Positions 62,902-64,000 of a stretch of 64,000 nt of DNA are shown here, one piece after another. Each line of letters opens with the position of its first letter. Position 1 is the first letter of the stretch. The DNA lies in contig OZ024743.1 in the NCBI GenBank assembly GCA_964016885.1, positions 95,604,001 to 95,668,000 of the forward strand, read 5' to 3'. Under the pieces are notes generated by a model. It was not told where the DNA came from. It ran no database searches and saw only the letters and a list, made by a program, of their open reading frames with translations. The translations under genes were made by a program, and so were the position numbers. Origin of the DNA: Eledone cirrhosa. Lineage: Eukaryota.

Positions 62902-63424
62902 TAAGGACATAGATATAACCAGATTGTAGGAACTGGAATCAGGAACCATCCCCCATAACAATAATAGCCCTGGGAATGGCTAAAAGGATAGAGATAAATA
63001 AATCATCCAAACCCCAGAAGTTAGACATACACATACAATTACATATACACCCACAAAACATAGAGAAAGAAACGCTACTAGATACTGCATATATATTAGT
63101 TAGTATACTTTAGATCTTATTTAAATATACAATATAATGAATATAGTACTATACACTGCACTGGTTACCTCAATTATTTCCAGTGCAATAGAAAGAAAGA
63201 AAAATACATACTTCAAAGCGCACATACTTTTATTATAATAAATACATACATTATGTATATACAATAGATGTTTTTATAGTAATTTCAGTTAAACGTTTTA
63301 AGTCAATTATGCTATTGAAACTGCTCTTCCTGTTTTAAAGTAACAGATGCATTTATATTAGATATTATATTTGGTACTTTAGCCAGAGTTATTCAATCCG
63401 TCAATGGTATTCCATAATGGTGTG

Positions 63425-64000
63425 TCTTCTTCGTCCACTTATTCCTGAGAGGGTCATGAGGGAAGAGTCTTCAAATCCTTCTTCTAGCGGGTCCTATCAG
63501 AAGCACCTGTCCCGAACTGATTTGTTTGCGATACCAGCCAAGCTCATGGGTGTTATCCAACCATCTTGCTTATGATCTACATTTCCCGTAAAATCTCTCC
63601 AGTGATTCTTTCCTGAGACATTCTAATCAAATGCCCATATTATCCGAGCTGTGATCTCTCAATTCGGTGACGTAGCGGCCTAACTGGAGTGACTCTCTGA
63701 TCACCGAGATCCGCATTCTATCGAGTAACATTACTCCAAAAATCCTTCGGAGGAACCCAATTTCGGCTGCTTATAATCGCGATCGTATTTTTTCGGTCAT
63801 TACGCAAAATTTATGACGATATGTAAGGGTTGGCACGAATACCAAATTGAAGATAGCGAATTTGGCTTTTACACCTACTTCCCTTGTTGTGATTACTGAA
63901 TGCTGAAGCTATCTCATTACTGAATTGGCAGTCTTTAGAACGTCGGATAGACTACTTCGTTATTATATACGTTTAGGCTTCCTACACTCTGAGCTCAAAT
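63425..64000 (-). mobile_element. Decayed RTE-clade LINE 3' region
   Basis: AKFAIFNLVFVPTLTY...MTEKIRSRL*AAEIGFLRRIFGV...DRMR (cf. PTLTYGHE.W...IQAAEM.FLRR). Confidence 0.75.

Overview
AT-rich, repeat-dominated eukaryotic DNA with no recognisable host gene. The SINE and LINE families resemble those I recall from octopod cephalopods (inference). The window holds: the 5' half of a decayed autonomous Helitron plus a non-autonomous Helitron; six Penelope-like element (PLE) copies from three apparent lineages (Neptune-like, Hydra-like, Naiad-like), one with an uninterrupted ~735-codon RT/GIY-YIG frame; two full-length Tx1-clade LINEs (one with intact ORF1 and ORF2) plus a truncated tandem copy; RTE and CR1-like fragments; tRNA-derived SINEs; mariner, Tc2/pogo-like and piggyBac-like MITEs; and many (TA)n/(CA)n microsatellites. 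The main signal invisible to the ORF track is about 17 type-I hammerhead-ribozyme (HHR)-like motifs (CUGANGA...GAAA...NUH, usually followed by AATAAA and a (TA)n run). Some lie in PLE 3' UTRs. Others lie in tiny non-coding cassettes and fold-back structures embedded in TA microsatellites, including a perfect palindrome encoding one HHR on each strand. All structures were read by eye; none has been computed or searched.
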